Below the pieces are notes generated by a model, which worked only from the letters and a program-made list of their open reading frames with translations, was not told the origin of the DNA and made no database searches. Below are positions 15,597 through 24,509 of a DNA stretch of 26,549 nt, piece by piece; within the stretch, counting starts at the first letter, position 1; every line of letters starts with the position of its first letter. The stretch is from contig JASHSE010000261.1 of the NCBI GenBank assembly GCA_030036975.1, forward strand, positions 1-26,549. Reading direction: 5' to 3'. Both the position numbers and the translations under genes were made by a program. Source of the DNA: Xanthobacteraceae bacterium. Its GTDB lineage: Bacteria; Pseudomonadota; Alphaproteobacteria; Rhizobiales; Xanthobacteraceae.

Positions 15597-16259
15597 CTAG
15601 TCTTCCTCGAACTCGTCGTCGATTTCGACGCGCTGGGAGGTCGGGCTGCGCTGCAGGAATTGCGGAGTGTGGCGCGGTTCGCGGCCCTCGCGCGGCTCCC
15701 GAGGCTCCCGAGGCTCGCGCACCGGCCGCTCTGAGGGATCGCGTCCGATCTTGCTCTGCAGTTCGATGATGTCGACGAACTGATCGGCCTGGCGGCGCAG
15801 CTCGTCGGCCACCATGGGCGGCTGCGTCGAAATAGTCGAGACCACGATGACGCGCACGCCGCGCCGCTGCATGGCCTCGACCAGTGAGCGGAAATCGCCG
15901 TCGCCGGAAAACAGCACCATTTGGTCGATATGCGGCGCGATTTCCATGGCGTCGACGGCAAGCTCGATGTCCATGTTGCCCTTGACCTTGCGCCGGCCGG
16001 TCTGATCGACGAATTCCTTGGTCGCCTTGGTGACGACCGTGTAGCCGTTGTAGTCGAGCCAATCGATCAGCGGCCGGATCGAGGAATATTCCTGGTCCTC
16101 GATCACCGCGGTGTAATAGAAGGCGCGCAACAGATAGCCGCGCGACTGGAACTCGCGCAGGAGCCGCTTGTAATCGATATCGAAACCGAGCGATTTGGCG
16201 GTGGCGTAAAGATTGGCTCCGTCAATGAAGAGCGCGATTTTTTCGATTTGTGCCGACAT
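15597..16259 (-). CDS. NYN-domain (LabA/DUF88, PIN-like) protein
   Basis: Probable ATG at 16259 (220 aa). Motifs: FIDGANLY, KGNMDIELAVD, SGDGDF, LRRQADQF. Low-complexity C-terminal tail. Confidence 0.9.
   Translation of the reverse strand: MSAQIEKIALFIDGANLYATAKSLGFDIDYKRLLREFQSRGYLLRAFYYTAVIEDQEYSSIRPLIDWLDYNGYTVVTKATKEFVDQTGRRKVKGNMDIELAVDAMEIAPHIDQMVLFSGDGDFRSLVEAMQRRGVRVIVVSTISTQPPMVADELRRQADQFVDIIELQSKIGRDPSERPVREPREPREPREGREPRHTPQFLQRSPTSQRVEIDDEFEED
15672..15716 (-). repeat. Five degenerate 9-nt tandem units encoding an R-E-P tripeptide repeat
   Basis: Plus strand: gcgcggttc gcggccctc gcgcggctc ccgaggctc ccgaggctc. Protein: REPREPREPREGREPR. Confidence 0.75.
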
Positions 16260-16693
16260 GGGTTCTCTCGTGAGCGGGTCGTTGGGGTAAAACCGGATCG
16301 GCCGCAAGGCAATCGGCCGTCCCGGTGCTTTTGTTAAAACAGTTTTGCCGTCATCCGAAACATTCGACGTGCGCAATACTGCCGCAAGCACCACAAGGGT
16401 ATTTGGCAAGCGCCGCGCTCGCAAGTGGCGTGTTGCGGGCGTCCGCGCAATGCAGCACTGCGGCACGCCGTCGCGGCGATGCACAATGACAGTTCGCAAG
16501 TTCCGGGGCGGCTTGCCGGAATTTGCAAGGCTCGGATCGCGGCGGCGCCGGCGATGCCGCGCAGCTCAGGGAAAGCCGCCGGCTCTTGCCTTCGGTGGCC
16601 CTTGACGATAGTTAGAGGCAATCGAGCAACTTGCATTTGCGGTGGAGCCGCACCGGCCCCCTGCCGAGTGCTGATCCAAGGAGCTGAAGCCGT

Positions 16694-17101
16694 ATGGCCC
16701 GCGTGACCGTGGAAGACTGCATCGACAAGGTCGAGAATCGCTTCGAACTCGTTCTGCTCGCAGCCCACCGCGCCCGCATGATCTCCTCCGGCTCGCAGAT
16801 CGCGGTCGACCGCGACAAGGACAAGAACCCGGTGGTGGCGCTACGTGAGATCGCCGAAAAGGCGTTGTCGCCCGGCGACCTCAAGGAGGAACTCGTCCAT
16901 TCGCTGCAGAAATACGTCGAGGTCGACGAGCCCGAGCCCGAGTCCATGCCGTTGATCGGCGCGCCCGGCACCGGCGTCGATGCCGACGACACCGAGGTCA
17001 CCACCGAGCGGATGAGCGAAGAAGAGCTGCTCAAGGGTCTCGAGGGGCTGACGCCTCCGGAGGCCGAGCCTGAGCCCGATCCCGTCGACGACGAGGAATA
17101 G
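16694..17101 (+). CDS. rpoZ: RNA polymerase omega subunit
   Basis: [35 protein letters not shown], acidic tail; AAGGAG ribosome-binding site. Confidence 0.97.
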   Translation: MARVTVEDCIDKVENRFELVLLAAHRARMISSGSQIAVDRDKDKNPVVALREIAEKALSPGDLKEELVHSLQKYVEVDEPEPESMPLIGAPGTGVDADDTEVTTERMSEEELLKGLEGLTPPEAEPEPDPVDDEE

Positions 17102-17330
17102 CTGGTTACGGCTTGCGGGCGCTTCGGCCGCCGAAATCGTTAACGAAAGTCAGCCATTCTCGGCGCTTCGGCGCGTGCCTGCATAGCCGCGCGCCCGGGC
17201 CGTTGTCGCGCTTGGCTGGTAGCTTCAGCGTCGCCCCATGATATTGTGAGCATCGGGCGCCTGCCGATGCGGTCGGTGGAATGGCAACGGCAGTATCGCC
17301 GATCGCCGTCGCGCGAGCGCCCAGAGACGG

Positions 17331-17350
17331 CCAAAGGGATCCAAAGGGAT
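17331..17350 (+). repeat. Perfect 10-bp tandem duplication (CCAAAGGGAT x2)
   Basis: 17331-17340 and 17341-17350 are identical. Confidence 0.85.
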
Positions 17351-17364
17351 CGGCAACGACCGCC

Positions 17365-19740
17365 ATGCCGCAGCAGCCGCCACTGGACCTGTCCCAGGCG
17401 CAGACCGAGCCAGAGCTCGGAGTGGCGGTCGCGCACGCCCCGGAGCTGGTGCCGGCGGCCGGCGAGGCGCCGCTGCGGCCCGCCCCGCAGCCGCCGCTGC
17501 CTCCACGCAAGCCGCCGCTGATGCGGCAATACGAGCTGATCGACCGGGTCAAGCAGTACAATCCCAAGACCAATGAGGATTTGCTCAACCGCGCCTATGT
17601 CTACGCGATGCGGGCGCATGGCGAGCAGCGGCGCGCCTCCGGCGACCCCTATATCTCGCACCCGCTCCAGGTCGCCGCGATTCTCACCGAACTCAAGCTC
17701 GACGACGCCACCATCGCCGCAGCACTGCTGCACGACACGATCGAGGATACCGACGCGACCCGGGCCGAGATCGATCGTCTGTTCGGCCATGACATCGGCG
17801 TCCTGGTCGAGGGGCTGACCAAGCTGAAAAAACTCGACCTGGTGTCGAAAGAGGCCAAGCAGGCGGAAAACCTGCGCAAGCTCCTGCTCGCCATCGCCGA
17901 CGACGTACGCGTCCTGCTGATCAAGCTCGCCGACCGGCTGCATAATATGCGTACGCTCGGCCATCGGCCGCCGGAGGCGCGCCGCCGCACCGCGGAAGAG
18001 ACGCTCGACATCTACGCGCCGCTGGCCGGCCGCATGGGCATGCAGCGGATGCGCGAGGAACTCGAAGATTTGGCTTTTCGCGAGCTCAATCCGGAGGCCC
18101 ACAAGGTCATCAGCGAGCGGCTCGAGGCGCTGGCCGAGCGCTCGCGGGGATGGATCGCCGAAATCGAGCAACAGCTCGCCAAAAAACTGGCCGACCAGGG
18201 CATCGCCGCTGACGTTTCCGGGCGGCGCAAGCGCGCCCATTCGATCTGGCGCAAGATGGAGCGCAAGGCGGTTGGCTTCGAACAGCTGTCCGACGTCCTC
18301 GGCTTCCGCGTCGTCCTCGGCACTGTCACCGAGTGCTACCAGGCGCTCGGCATCGTACACACGAGTTGGCCGGTCGTGCCGGGCCGCTTCAAGGACTACA
18401 TTTCGACGCCCAAGCAGAACGATTACCGCTCGATCCACACCACGGTGATCGGCCCCGGCAAGCAGCGCGTCGAACTGCAAATCCGCACTCGCGAAATGCA
18501 GCAGATCGCCGAATACGGCATCGCCGCGCACGCGCTCTACAAGGATGGCCTCGGCTCGCCGACCGAAATGCTCTCGCGTGAGTCGAATGCTTACGCCTGG
18601 CTGCGCCGCACCATCGAGCTGTTGGCCGAAGGCTCGAACCCCGAAGAATTCCTCGAGCATACCAAGCTCGAACTGTTCCACGATCAGGTGTTCTGCTTCA
18701 CGCCAAAGGGCAAGCTGATCGCGCTACCGCGCGGCGCCACGCCGATCGATTTCGCCTACGCGGTGCATACCGACGTCGGCAACATGGCGATCGGTGCCAA
18801 GATCAACGGCAAGATCGGCCCGCTCAGCGCGCCGTTGCAGAACGGCGACGAGGTGCAGATCTTGACGTCGTCGGCGCAGGTGGCGCCGCCGATGGCCTGG
18901 GAGTCGATCGTGGTCACCGGCAAGGCTCGCGCCTCGATCCGCCGCGCCACGCGCGAGGCGGTACGCAGCCAATACTCGGCGTTCGGCCGCCGTCTGGTTG
19001 AACGGCTTTGCCAGCGTGCCAAGATCGCCTACTCGGACGAGCAACTCGAAGGCGCCCTGCCGCGGCTCGCGCGCGCCTCGATCGATGATGTGATGGCCGC
19101 GGTCGGGCGCAGCGAAATGCGCGCCGCCGACGTGGTGCGCGCCATGTATCCGGATTACAAGGACGAGCGCGTGACGCCGGCCGCGGCGAAGAGCGAAAGC
19201 GGCTGGTTTGGCTTCAAGCGCGCCAAGGCGGTGAAGTTCAAGCGGCCCGGAAGCGGGAGCGGTGGCGTCAGCGGCAGCGGGGTTGCCGCTGCAATCCCGA
19301 TCCGCGGCATCAATACCGACCTGCCGGTGCGTTTTGCTCCGAACGGCGGCGCGGTGCCGGGCGACCGCATCGTCGGCATCATGACGCCAGGGGAGGGCAT
19401 CACCATCTACCCGATCCAGTCGCCGGCGCTCACGGAGTTCGAGGACCAGCCGGAACGCTGGCTCGACTTGCGCTGGGACATCGACGACGAGGCGCCGCAG
19501 CGCTTCCCGGCGCGCCTTGCGGTGCACTCGGTCAATGAGCCGGGCACGCTCGCCCAGATCGCGCAAGTCATCGCCGAGCACGACGGCAACATCGATAACG
19601 TCAAGATGACGCGGCAGTCGCCGGATTTCACCGAAATGACGATCGATCTTGAGGTCTATAACCTCAAGCACCTTACCTCGATCATTTCGCAGCTGCGGGC
19701 GAAGAAAGTGGTCGCCAACGCCGAGCGGGTGAACGGCTGA
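17365..19740 (+). CDS. rsh: Bifunctional (p)ppGpp synthetase/hydrolase (long RelA/SpoT homolog)
   Basis: HD domain (LLHDTIEDT, KLADRLHNMRT), synthetase (RFKDY, ELQIRT, HALYK), TGS (FTPKG, DFAYAVHT) and C-terminal ACT domain. Start uncertain: ATG 17281, 17365 or 17521 (MRQYELIDRV). Confidence 0.96.
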   Translation: MPQQPPLDLSQAQTEPELGVAVAHAPELVPAAGEAPLRPAPQPPLPPRKPPLMRQYELIDRVKQYNPKTNEDLLNRAYVYAMRAHGEQRRASGDPYISHPLQVAAILTELKLDDATIAAALLHDTIEDTDATRAEIDRLFGHDIGVLVEGLTKLKKLDLVSKEAKQAENLRKLLLAIADDVRVLLIKLADRLHNMRTLGHRPPEARRRTAEETLDIYAPLAGRMGMQRMREELEDLAFRELNPEAHKVISERLEALAERSRGWIAEIEQQLAKKLADQGIAADVSGRRKRAHSIWRKMERKAVGFEQLSDVLGFRVVLGTVTECYQALGIVHTSWPVVPGRFKDYISTPKQNDYRSIHTTVIGPGKQRVELQIRTREMQQIAEYGIAAHALYKDGLGSPTEMLSRESNAYAWLRRTIELLAEGSNPEEFLEHTKLELFHDQVFCFTPKGKLIALPRGATPIDFAYAVHTDVGNMAIGAKINGKIGPLSAPLQNGDEVQILTSSAQVAPPMAWESIVVTGKARASIRRATREAVRSQYSAFGRRLVERLCQRAKIAYSDEQLEGALPRLARASIDDVMAAVGRSEMRAADVVRAMYPDYKDERVTPAAAKSESGWFGFKRAKAVKFKRPGSGSGGVSGSGVAAAIPIRGINTDLPVRFAPNGGAVPGDRIVGIMTPGEGITIYPIQSPALTEFEDQPERWLDLRWDIDDEAPQRFPARLAVHSVNEPGTLAQIAQVIAEHDGNIDNVKMTRQSPDFTEMTIDLEVYNLKHLTSIISQLRAKKVVANAERVNG

Positions 19741-19758
19741 TCAATGACTGCGGCGGAC

Positions 19759-19802
19759 TTGCGATCTGGTCCTCAATCTTGTATATACATGTCTGGATAT
19801 AC
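19759..19802 (+). promoter_or_regulatory. Sigma70-type promoter and overlapping operator palindromes of vapBC
   Basis: TTGCGA (19759-19764), 17 nt, TATATA (19782-19787). Perfect palindrome TGTATATACA (19780-19789) and inverted repeat GTATAT-N10-ATATAC (19781-19802) overlap the -10 element. Confidence 0.7.
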
Positions 19803-19812
19803 GGAGATTGCG

Positions 19813-20040
19813 ATGGCGTCAGCCCGCATTTTCAAATCGGGAAATAGTCAGGCCGTCCGACTGCCCAAAGAGTTCCGTTTTGACAGCGATGAAGTGGAAA
19901 TCTTCCGGCGCGGCGACGAGGTTGTCTTGCGCGAAAAATCGAAGGGAATGGGGCGTGCATTCGAACTTATAGCGAGTCTGCCGATCGAAGATTTGGTAGA
20001 TGAGCGTGATGAACCGGCCCAGGAGCGTGAAGGCCTGTGA
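19813..20040 (+). CDS. vapB: Type II antitoxin VapB (AbrB/SpoVT DNA-binding domain)
   Basis: ATG 19813 with GGAG; 75 aa. Motifs: IFKSGNSQAVRLPKEFRF, VEIFRRGDEVVL, acidic C-terminus ending DERDEPAQERE. Confidence 0.93.
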   Translation: MASARIFKSGNSQAVRLPKEFRFDSDEVEIFRRGDEVVLREKSKGMGRAFELIASLPIEDLVDERDEPAQEREGL

Positions 20041-20447
20041 CCAAGCCTCGCTATCTCCTGGATACCGACACCTTCGTTTACATCCGCCGCGGCCGACCCG
20101 AACAAGCGCGCGTCCGCTTCGATCGCCTGGAGCGAGGAGAGGCGGCGCTCTCGGTCATTGCTTACGGCGAGTTGATCTATGGCATCGAAAAAAAAGTCAC
20201 AGGCCCGGAGCCTTGGCGAGCCTTGGAAGAGCTGACGCAGATGATTCAAGTCCTCCCGCTCCTGCCGGAGGCGGCCAACGTCTATGGCTCGATCCGCGCC
20301 GAGCTGACCGCCAGAGGTGAACTCATCGGCGCCAACGATCTCTGGATCGCCGCGCACGCGCGATTGCTGGATCTAACTCTGGTCACCAACAATGAACGCG
20401 AATTTCGCCGCGTCCCTCGTTTGAGAATCGAGAACTGGATCAAATAA
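20037..20447 (+). CDS. vapC: Type II toxin VapC (PIN-domain RNase)
   Basis: GTG start overlapping the vapB stop (GTGA). PIN acidic tetrad: LLDTD, GELIYG, GANDLWIAAHA, LVTNNEREF. Confidence 0.93.
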   Translation: MTKPRYLLDTDTFVYIRRGRPEQARVRFDRLERGEAALSVIAYGELIYGIEKKVTGPEPWRALEELTQMIQVLPLLPEAANVYGSIRAELTARGELIGANDLWIAAHARLLDLTLVTNNEREFRRVPRLRIENWIK

Positions 20448-20465
20448 GTCGGGCATTCTAGAACC

Positions 20466-21251
20466 ATGCCGGCTCTCTTACCCATCCGCCTCGGCGTCAA
20501 CATCGACCACGTCGCCACGGTGCGCAATGCGCGCGGCGGGCGGCATCCTGATCCGCTGCGGGTGGCGGAAATCGCGATTGCGGCCGGCGCCGACGGCATT
20601 ACCGCGCATCTGCGCGAGGATCGCCGCCATATCGTCGATGACGACATCGCGCGACTGAAGGCGCGCATAGCAAAGCCGCTCAACCTCGAAATGGCGGCGA
20701 CCGCGGAAATGGTTGGCATCGCCAAAAAGGTGCGGCCGCACGCGGCCTGCATCGTGCCGGAGCGGCGGGCCGAACGCACCACCGAGGGCGGGCTCGACGT
20801 GGCCGGCCAGCGCGAGTCATTGCGCGCGGCGGTCGGCGAATTGAGCGCGTGTGGCATTCGTGTGTCCTTGTTCATTGCCGCCGAGCCGGCGCAGATCGAA
20901 GCGGCGCGCGCCATCGCTGCGCCGGTCATCGAAATCCATACCGGCGCATGGTGCGACGCGGTCGCGGCCGGCAACGTCACGGCTGCAGCCGCCGAATTCG
21001 ACCGCATCGTGCGTGGCGCAGCGCTTGCCAAGAGCAGCGGGCTTGAAGTCCATGCCGGGCACGGCCTCGATTTTGCAACGGCGGAAACCATCGCGGCATT
21101 GCCGGAAATCGTCGAGCTCAATATCGGTCATTTTCTCATTGGCGCGGCCATCTTCGACGGTCTTGGCGCGGCGGTGCGCAGCATGCGGCTGGCGATGGAC
21201 CGCGGCCGCGCCAAAGCCGGCGCGGCCGGCGCCGCCGGGGCGGCGCGATGA
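20466..21251 (+). CDS. pdxJ: Pyridoxine 5'-phosphate synthase
   Basis: [67 protein letters not shown]. Confidence 0.97.
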   Translation: MPALLPIRLGVNIDHVATVRNARGGRHPDPLRVAEIAIAAGADGITAHLREDRRHIVDDDIARLKARIAKPLNLEMAATAEMVGIAKKVRPHAACIVPERRAERTTEGGLDVAGQRESLRAAVGELSACGIRVSLFIAAEPAQIEAARAIAAPVIEIHTGAWCDAVAAGNVTAAAAEFDRIVRGAALAKSSGLEVHAGHGLDFATAETIAALPEIVELNIGHFLIGAAIFDGLGAAVRSMRLAMDRGRAKAGAAGAAGAAR

Positions 21252-21655
21252 TCATCGGCATCGGCTCCGACATCACCGATGTGCGCCGCATCGCCAAGGT
21301 GATCGAGCGTCACGGCGACCGCTTCATCGACCGCGTTTTCACCGCGGCCGAGCGCGAGCGCGCCGAGCGGCGCCGCAACCGCGTCGAAACCTATGCCAAG
21401 CGTTTCGCCGCCAAGGAGGCGTGCGCCAAAGCTCTGGGCACCGGGCTGCACGCCGGCGTGTGGTGGCGCGACATGGCTGTGGTCAACCTTCCTTCGGGCC
21501 GACCGACCATGGTGCTGACCGGCGGCGCCAAGCGACGGCTCGATGCGATCACGCCGACCGGCCACGAGGCGCGCATCGAACTGACCATCAGCGACGAGGG
21601 GCCGATGGCGCACGCTTTCGTGATCATCTGGGCGCTTGCCGTGCCGGCCGGCTGA
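21248..21655 (+). CDS. acpS: Holo-[acyl-carrier-protein] synthase
   Basis: [35 protein letters not shown]; ATGA overlap with pdxJ. Confidence 0.96.
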   Translation: MIIGIGSDITDVRRIAKVIERHGDRFIDRVFTAAERERAERRRNRVETYAKRFAAKEACAKALGTGLHAGVWWRDMAVVNLPSGRPTMVLTGGAKRRLDAITPTGHEARIELTISDEGPMAHAFVIIWALAVPAG

Positions 21656-21876
21656 TCGCAACGGCCCCGCGTCAAAGCGGGCCCGCCCGGGCGGCGAATT
21701 GAAAGTTCTGTCATGCGCCTAAGAATCCCATCGTAACACGTTGAAATTGCATGAGAAGTTTTAGCGGGCCGATGCCGCGGCGAATTCCCGCGCGCAATTG
21801 CGCAGGCCCATGCCAAAGGTTACAAGGTCGCGGGGCATGCGAGCGGCGGCGAAGACAGATGCGGGACAATAAGCGA

Positions 21877-22626
21877 ATGAGCGTGCAGACCGGAGCCAAA
21901 CGGACGGAAGGAGGCTTTGCCGAGACGGTCCGCGTGGTCGTGCATGCGTTGATCATCGCGCTCGTCATTCGGACTTTTCTGTTCCAGCCGTTCAATATTC
22001 CGTCCGGCTCGATGATCCCGACGCTGTTGGTCGGCGATTATCTGTTCGTCTCCAAATATTCGTACGGCTATACCCATTATTCGCTGCCGTTCTCGCCGCC
22101 GCTGTTTTCGGGGCGCATTTTTGCATCACAGCCGCGGCGCGGCGACGTCGTCGTGTTCCGGCTGCCGAAGGACGATTCGATCGACTACATCAAGCGCGTC
22201 ATTGGGCTCCCGGGCGACAGCATTCAGATGATCGATGGTGTTCTCAATATTAACGGCAAACCAGTCAAGCGCGAGCGGGTCGAGAAGGACTGTAGCTCGG
22301 ATAGGAACATTCAACCCATAGTTTGTTATCGCGAAACGCTGCCAAACGGAGTAAGCTATACTGCGCATTATTATCCGGAACTGGGAGTCTTGGATAACAC
22401 GCCAATCTATAAGGTGCCGCCCGGCGAGTATTTCATGATGGGCGACAATCGCGACGACTCGCAGGATAGCCGGGTACTGAGCGCGGTCGGCTACGTGCCG
22501 TTTCAGAATCTCATCGGCAGGGCACAGGTCATCTTCTTCTCGATCGGCGGCGGCGCGCGCGCCTGGGAGATTTGGGATTGGCCGTGGGCGGTGCGCTGGA
22601 GCCGGATCTTCACGCTGGTAAGATGA
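21877..22626 (+). CDS. lepB: Signal peptidase I
   Basis: Probable ATG 21877 (249 aa). One TM segment, catalytic Ser in IPSGSMIPTL, RGDVVVF, catalytic Lys in YIKRVIGLPGD, MMGDNRDDSQDSR. Confidence 0.96.
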   Translation: MSVQTGAKRTEGGFAETVRVVVHALIIALVIRTFLFQPFNIPSGSMIPTLLVGDYLFVSKYSYGYTHYSLPFSPPLFSGRIFASQPRRGDVVVFRLPKDDSIDYIKRVIGLPGDSIQMIDGVLNINGKPVKRERVEKDCSSDRNIQPIVCYRETLPNGVSYTAHYYPELGVLDNTPIYKVPPGEYFMMGDNRDDSQDSRVLSAVGYVPFQNLIGRAQVIFFSIGGGARAWEIWDWPWAVRWSRIFTLVR

Positions 22627-23447
22627 GCGGGCGCCGCAGGACAAAAAGTGCAGCCGCACTGCAAGCGGAGGGAGTGGCCGCGGCCGATGGCGGTGTCGAG
22701 CAGGCGCCGGAGCAAAGGGAGGGGCGAAAAGAATCGCGGCGCAGCCGCCGCACCGCCTCTGCCCTGGAAACTCGCATCGGCTATCGCTTCAGGGATTCGG
22801 CGCTCCTCACCGTCGCGCTCACCCATATCTCGGCGCTGAAAGGGCCGCGCAACCGCGCTGGCTCTTACCAGCGCCTCGAATTTCTCGGCGATCACGTTCT
22901 CGGCCTGGTCATCTCCGACATGCTGTTCCGCAGCTTTCCCAAGGCCGACGAAGGCGAGCTGTCGCGCCGGCTTGCCGACCTGGTGCGCAAGGAAACCTGC
23001 GCCGAGATCGCGGTGTCGATCGAATTGGGCGCTGCCATCAAGCTCGGCTCCTCCGAAGCCAACGCCGGAGCGCGTCGGCGCCCGGCGATCCTGGCCGACG
23101 TCTGCGAGGCGCTGATCGGCGCCGTCTATCTCGATGGCGGCTATGCGGAGGCGTCCGCTCTGGTCGAACGGCTGTGGCAGGAGCGCATGCGGGCGACCGC
23201 GCAGCCGCTGCGCGATCCCAAGACGGTGCTGCAGGAATGGGCGCAGGCGCGCGGCCTGCCGACGCCGGCCTACCGGGAAGTGGCGCGCTCCGGCCCCGAT
23301 CACAGCCCGGAATTCCGCGTCGCTGTACAGCTGCCGAATTTTGCGCCGGCCGAAGGTTTGGGCCGCTCCAAGCGCGCCGCCGAACAGGCCGCCGCGGCCG
23401 CCATGCTCACGCGCGAGGGCGTCAAGACCCGTCGCCTCGATGCCTGA
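22623..23447 (+). CDS. rnc: Ribonuclease III
   Basis: ATGA overlap with lepB. ALTHIS, QRLEFLGD signature, ADVCEALIGAVYLD, and dsRBD (DPKTVLQEWAQ, GPDHSPEF, SKRAAEQAAA). Confidence 0.96.
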   Translation: MSGRRRTKSAAALQAEGVAAADGGVEQAPEQREGRKESRRSRRTASALETRIGYRFRDSALLTVALTHISALKGPRNRAGSYQRLEFLGDHVLGLVISDMLFRSFPKADEGELSRRLADLVRKETCAEIAVSIELGAAIKLGSSEANAGARRRPAILADVCEALIGAVYLDGGYAEASALVERLWQERMRATAQPLRDPKTVLQEWAQARGLPTPAYREVARSGPDHSPEFRVAVQLPNFAPAEGLGRSKRAAEQAAAAAMLTREGVKTRRLDA

Positions 23448-24381
23448 GCCGGAGCAGCCGCAGAACCCAGAGCCGCCGCCGGCGGCGTCCACTGCAAGGT
23501 GCGGCTTCGTGGCGCTGATCGGGGCGCCGAACGTCGGCAAATCCACGCTCATCAATGCGCTGGTCGGCGCCAAGATATCGATCGTCACACCCAAGGTGCA
23601 GACTACGCGCACGCTCATTCGCGGCATCGCCTGCGAGGGCGCGGCGCAGCTGGTCCTGGTCGATACGCCGGGCATTTTCGCGCCGCGGCGCCGGCTCGAT
23701 CGCGCCATGGTCGGCACCGCCTGGGGCGGCGCCCAGGACGCCGACATCGTCGCGCTTCTCATCGACGCGCGCAAAGGCCTCGAAGAGGATGACGAGGCGA
23801 TCCTGCACGGGCTTGCCGACGTGCGCGTAAAAGTGCTGGTGCTCAACAAGGTCGATCTCGTGGCCAAGCCGACGCTCCTCGCGCTCGCTCAAACGCTTGC
23901 CGAACGCGCCAGGTTCGCCGCGACTTTCATGATCTCGGCGCTGTCCGGCGACGGTGTCGACGATTTGAAAAAATGGCTCGCCGCGCACGTGCCGCCCGGC
24001 CCGTGGCTCTATCCGGAGGATCAGATCTCAGACGCGCCGCTGCGCCAGCTCGCCGCCGAGATCACGCGCGAAAAACTTTATCTGCGGCTGCATCAGGAAT
24101 TGCCATATCAGTCGACGGTGGAAACCGAGGCGTGGAAGGACTTGCCGGACGGCTCGGTGCGCATCGAGCAGACTATCTATGTCGAGCGCGACAGCCAGCG
24201 CAAAATCGTGCTCGGCAAGGGCGGCCGCGCCATCAAGGCGATCGGCACCGCGGCGCGCGCCGAGATCGCCGCAGCGATCGAGCAGTCGGTGCATCTGTCG
24301 CTCTTTGTCAAGGTGCGCGAGGGCTGGGGCGACGATCCGGAGCGCTATCGGCAGATCGGCCTCGAGTTTCCGCGCGACTAA
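23440..24381 (+). CDS. era: GTPase Era
   Basis: ATG 23440 overlaps the end of rnc. GAPNVGKS, QTTR, DTPG, NKVD, ISA, and KH-domain VLGKGG. Confidence 0.97.
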   Translation: MPEPEQPQNPEPPPAASTARCGFVALIGAPNVGKSTLINALVGAKISIVTPKVQTTRTLIRGIACEGAAQLVLVDTPGIFAPRRRLDRAMVGTAWGGAQDADIVALLIDARKGLEEDDEAILHGLADVRVKVLVLNKVDLVAKPTLLALAQTLAERARFAATFMISALSGDGVDDLKKWLAAHVPPGPWLYPEDQISDAPLRQLAAEITREKLYLRLHQELPYQSTVETEAWKDLPDGSVRIEQTIYVERDSQRKIVLGKGGRAIKAIGTAARAEIAAAIEQSVHLSLFVKVREGWGDDPERYRQIGLEFPRD

Positions 24382-24392
24382 GGCGCAGCCGT

Positions 24393-24422
24393 TTGACGCT
24401 GCGGGCGAACTGCGGTGATATC
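24393..24422 (+). promoter_or_regulatory. Possible sigma70 promoter for the downstream exported protein
   Basis: TTGACG (24393-24398), 17 nt, TGATATC. The -10 match is weak. Confidence 0.3.
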
Positions 24423-24509
24423 CTTCGCGCTTCGGGGGCGTCGCACGCTTAAAGCTTCGCAAAATCCGCTTGCGCCTTGCGAGAGGCGCGGAAAACAGCG
24501 AGTCCCATC

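Noticed and set aside
16260-16693. Small ORFs or an sRNA in the 434-nt NYN/rpoZ divergent region
   Set aside because: The candidate ORFs lack an RBS and typical codon bias, and the hairpins are short GC-rich matches. It is best read as a divergent promoter region.
17211-17241. Sigma32-like promoter (CTTGGC-N17-CCCCATGA) upstream of rsh
   Set aside because: The -35 match is partial and the spacer long. Not supportable without TSS data.
17140-18681. 513-aa minus-strand ORF (also 18724..19671)
   Set aside because: Antisense shadows of rsh with no domain signal.
21663-21694. Hairpin and 12-bp palindrome CCGCCCGGGCGG after acpS
   Set aside because: No U tract and all-GC composition, so it is likely by chance. 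No function can be assigned.
22241-22410. Diversity-generating retroelement variable region as the cause of the lepB patch
   Set aside because: No template repeat or reverse transcriptase in the window, and the patch is enriched rather than depleted in A/T.
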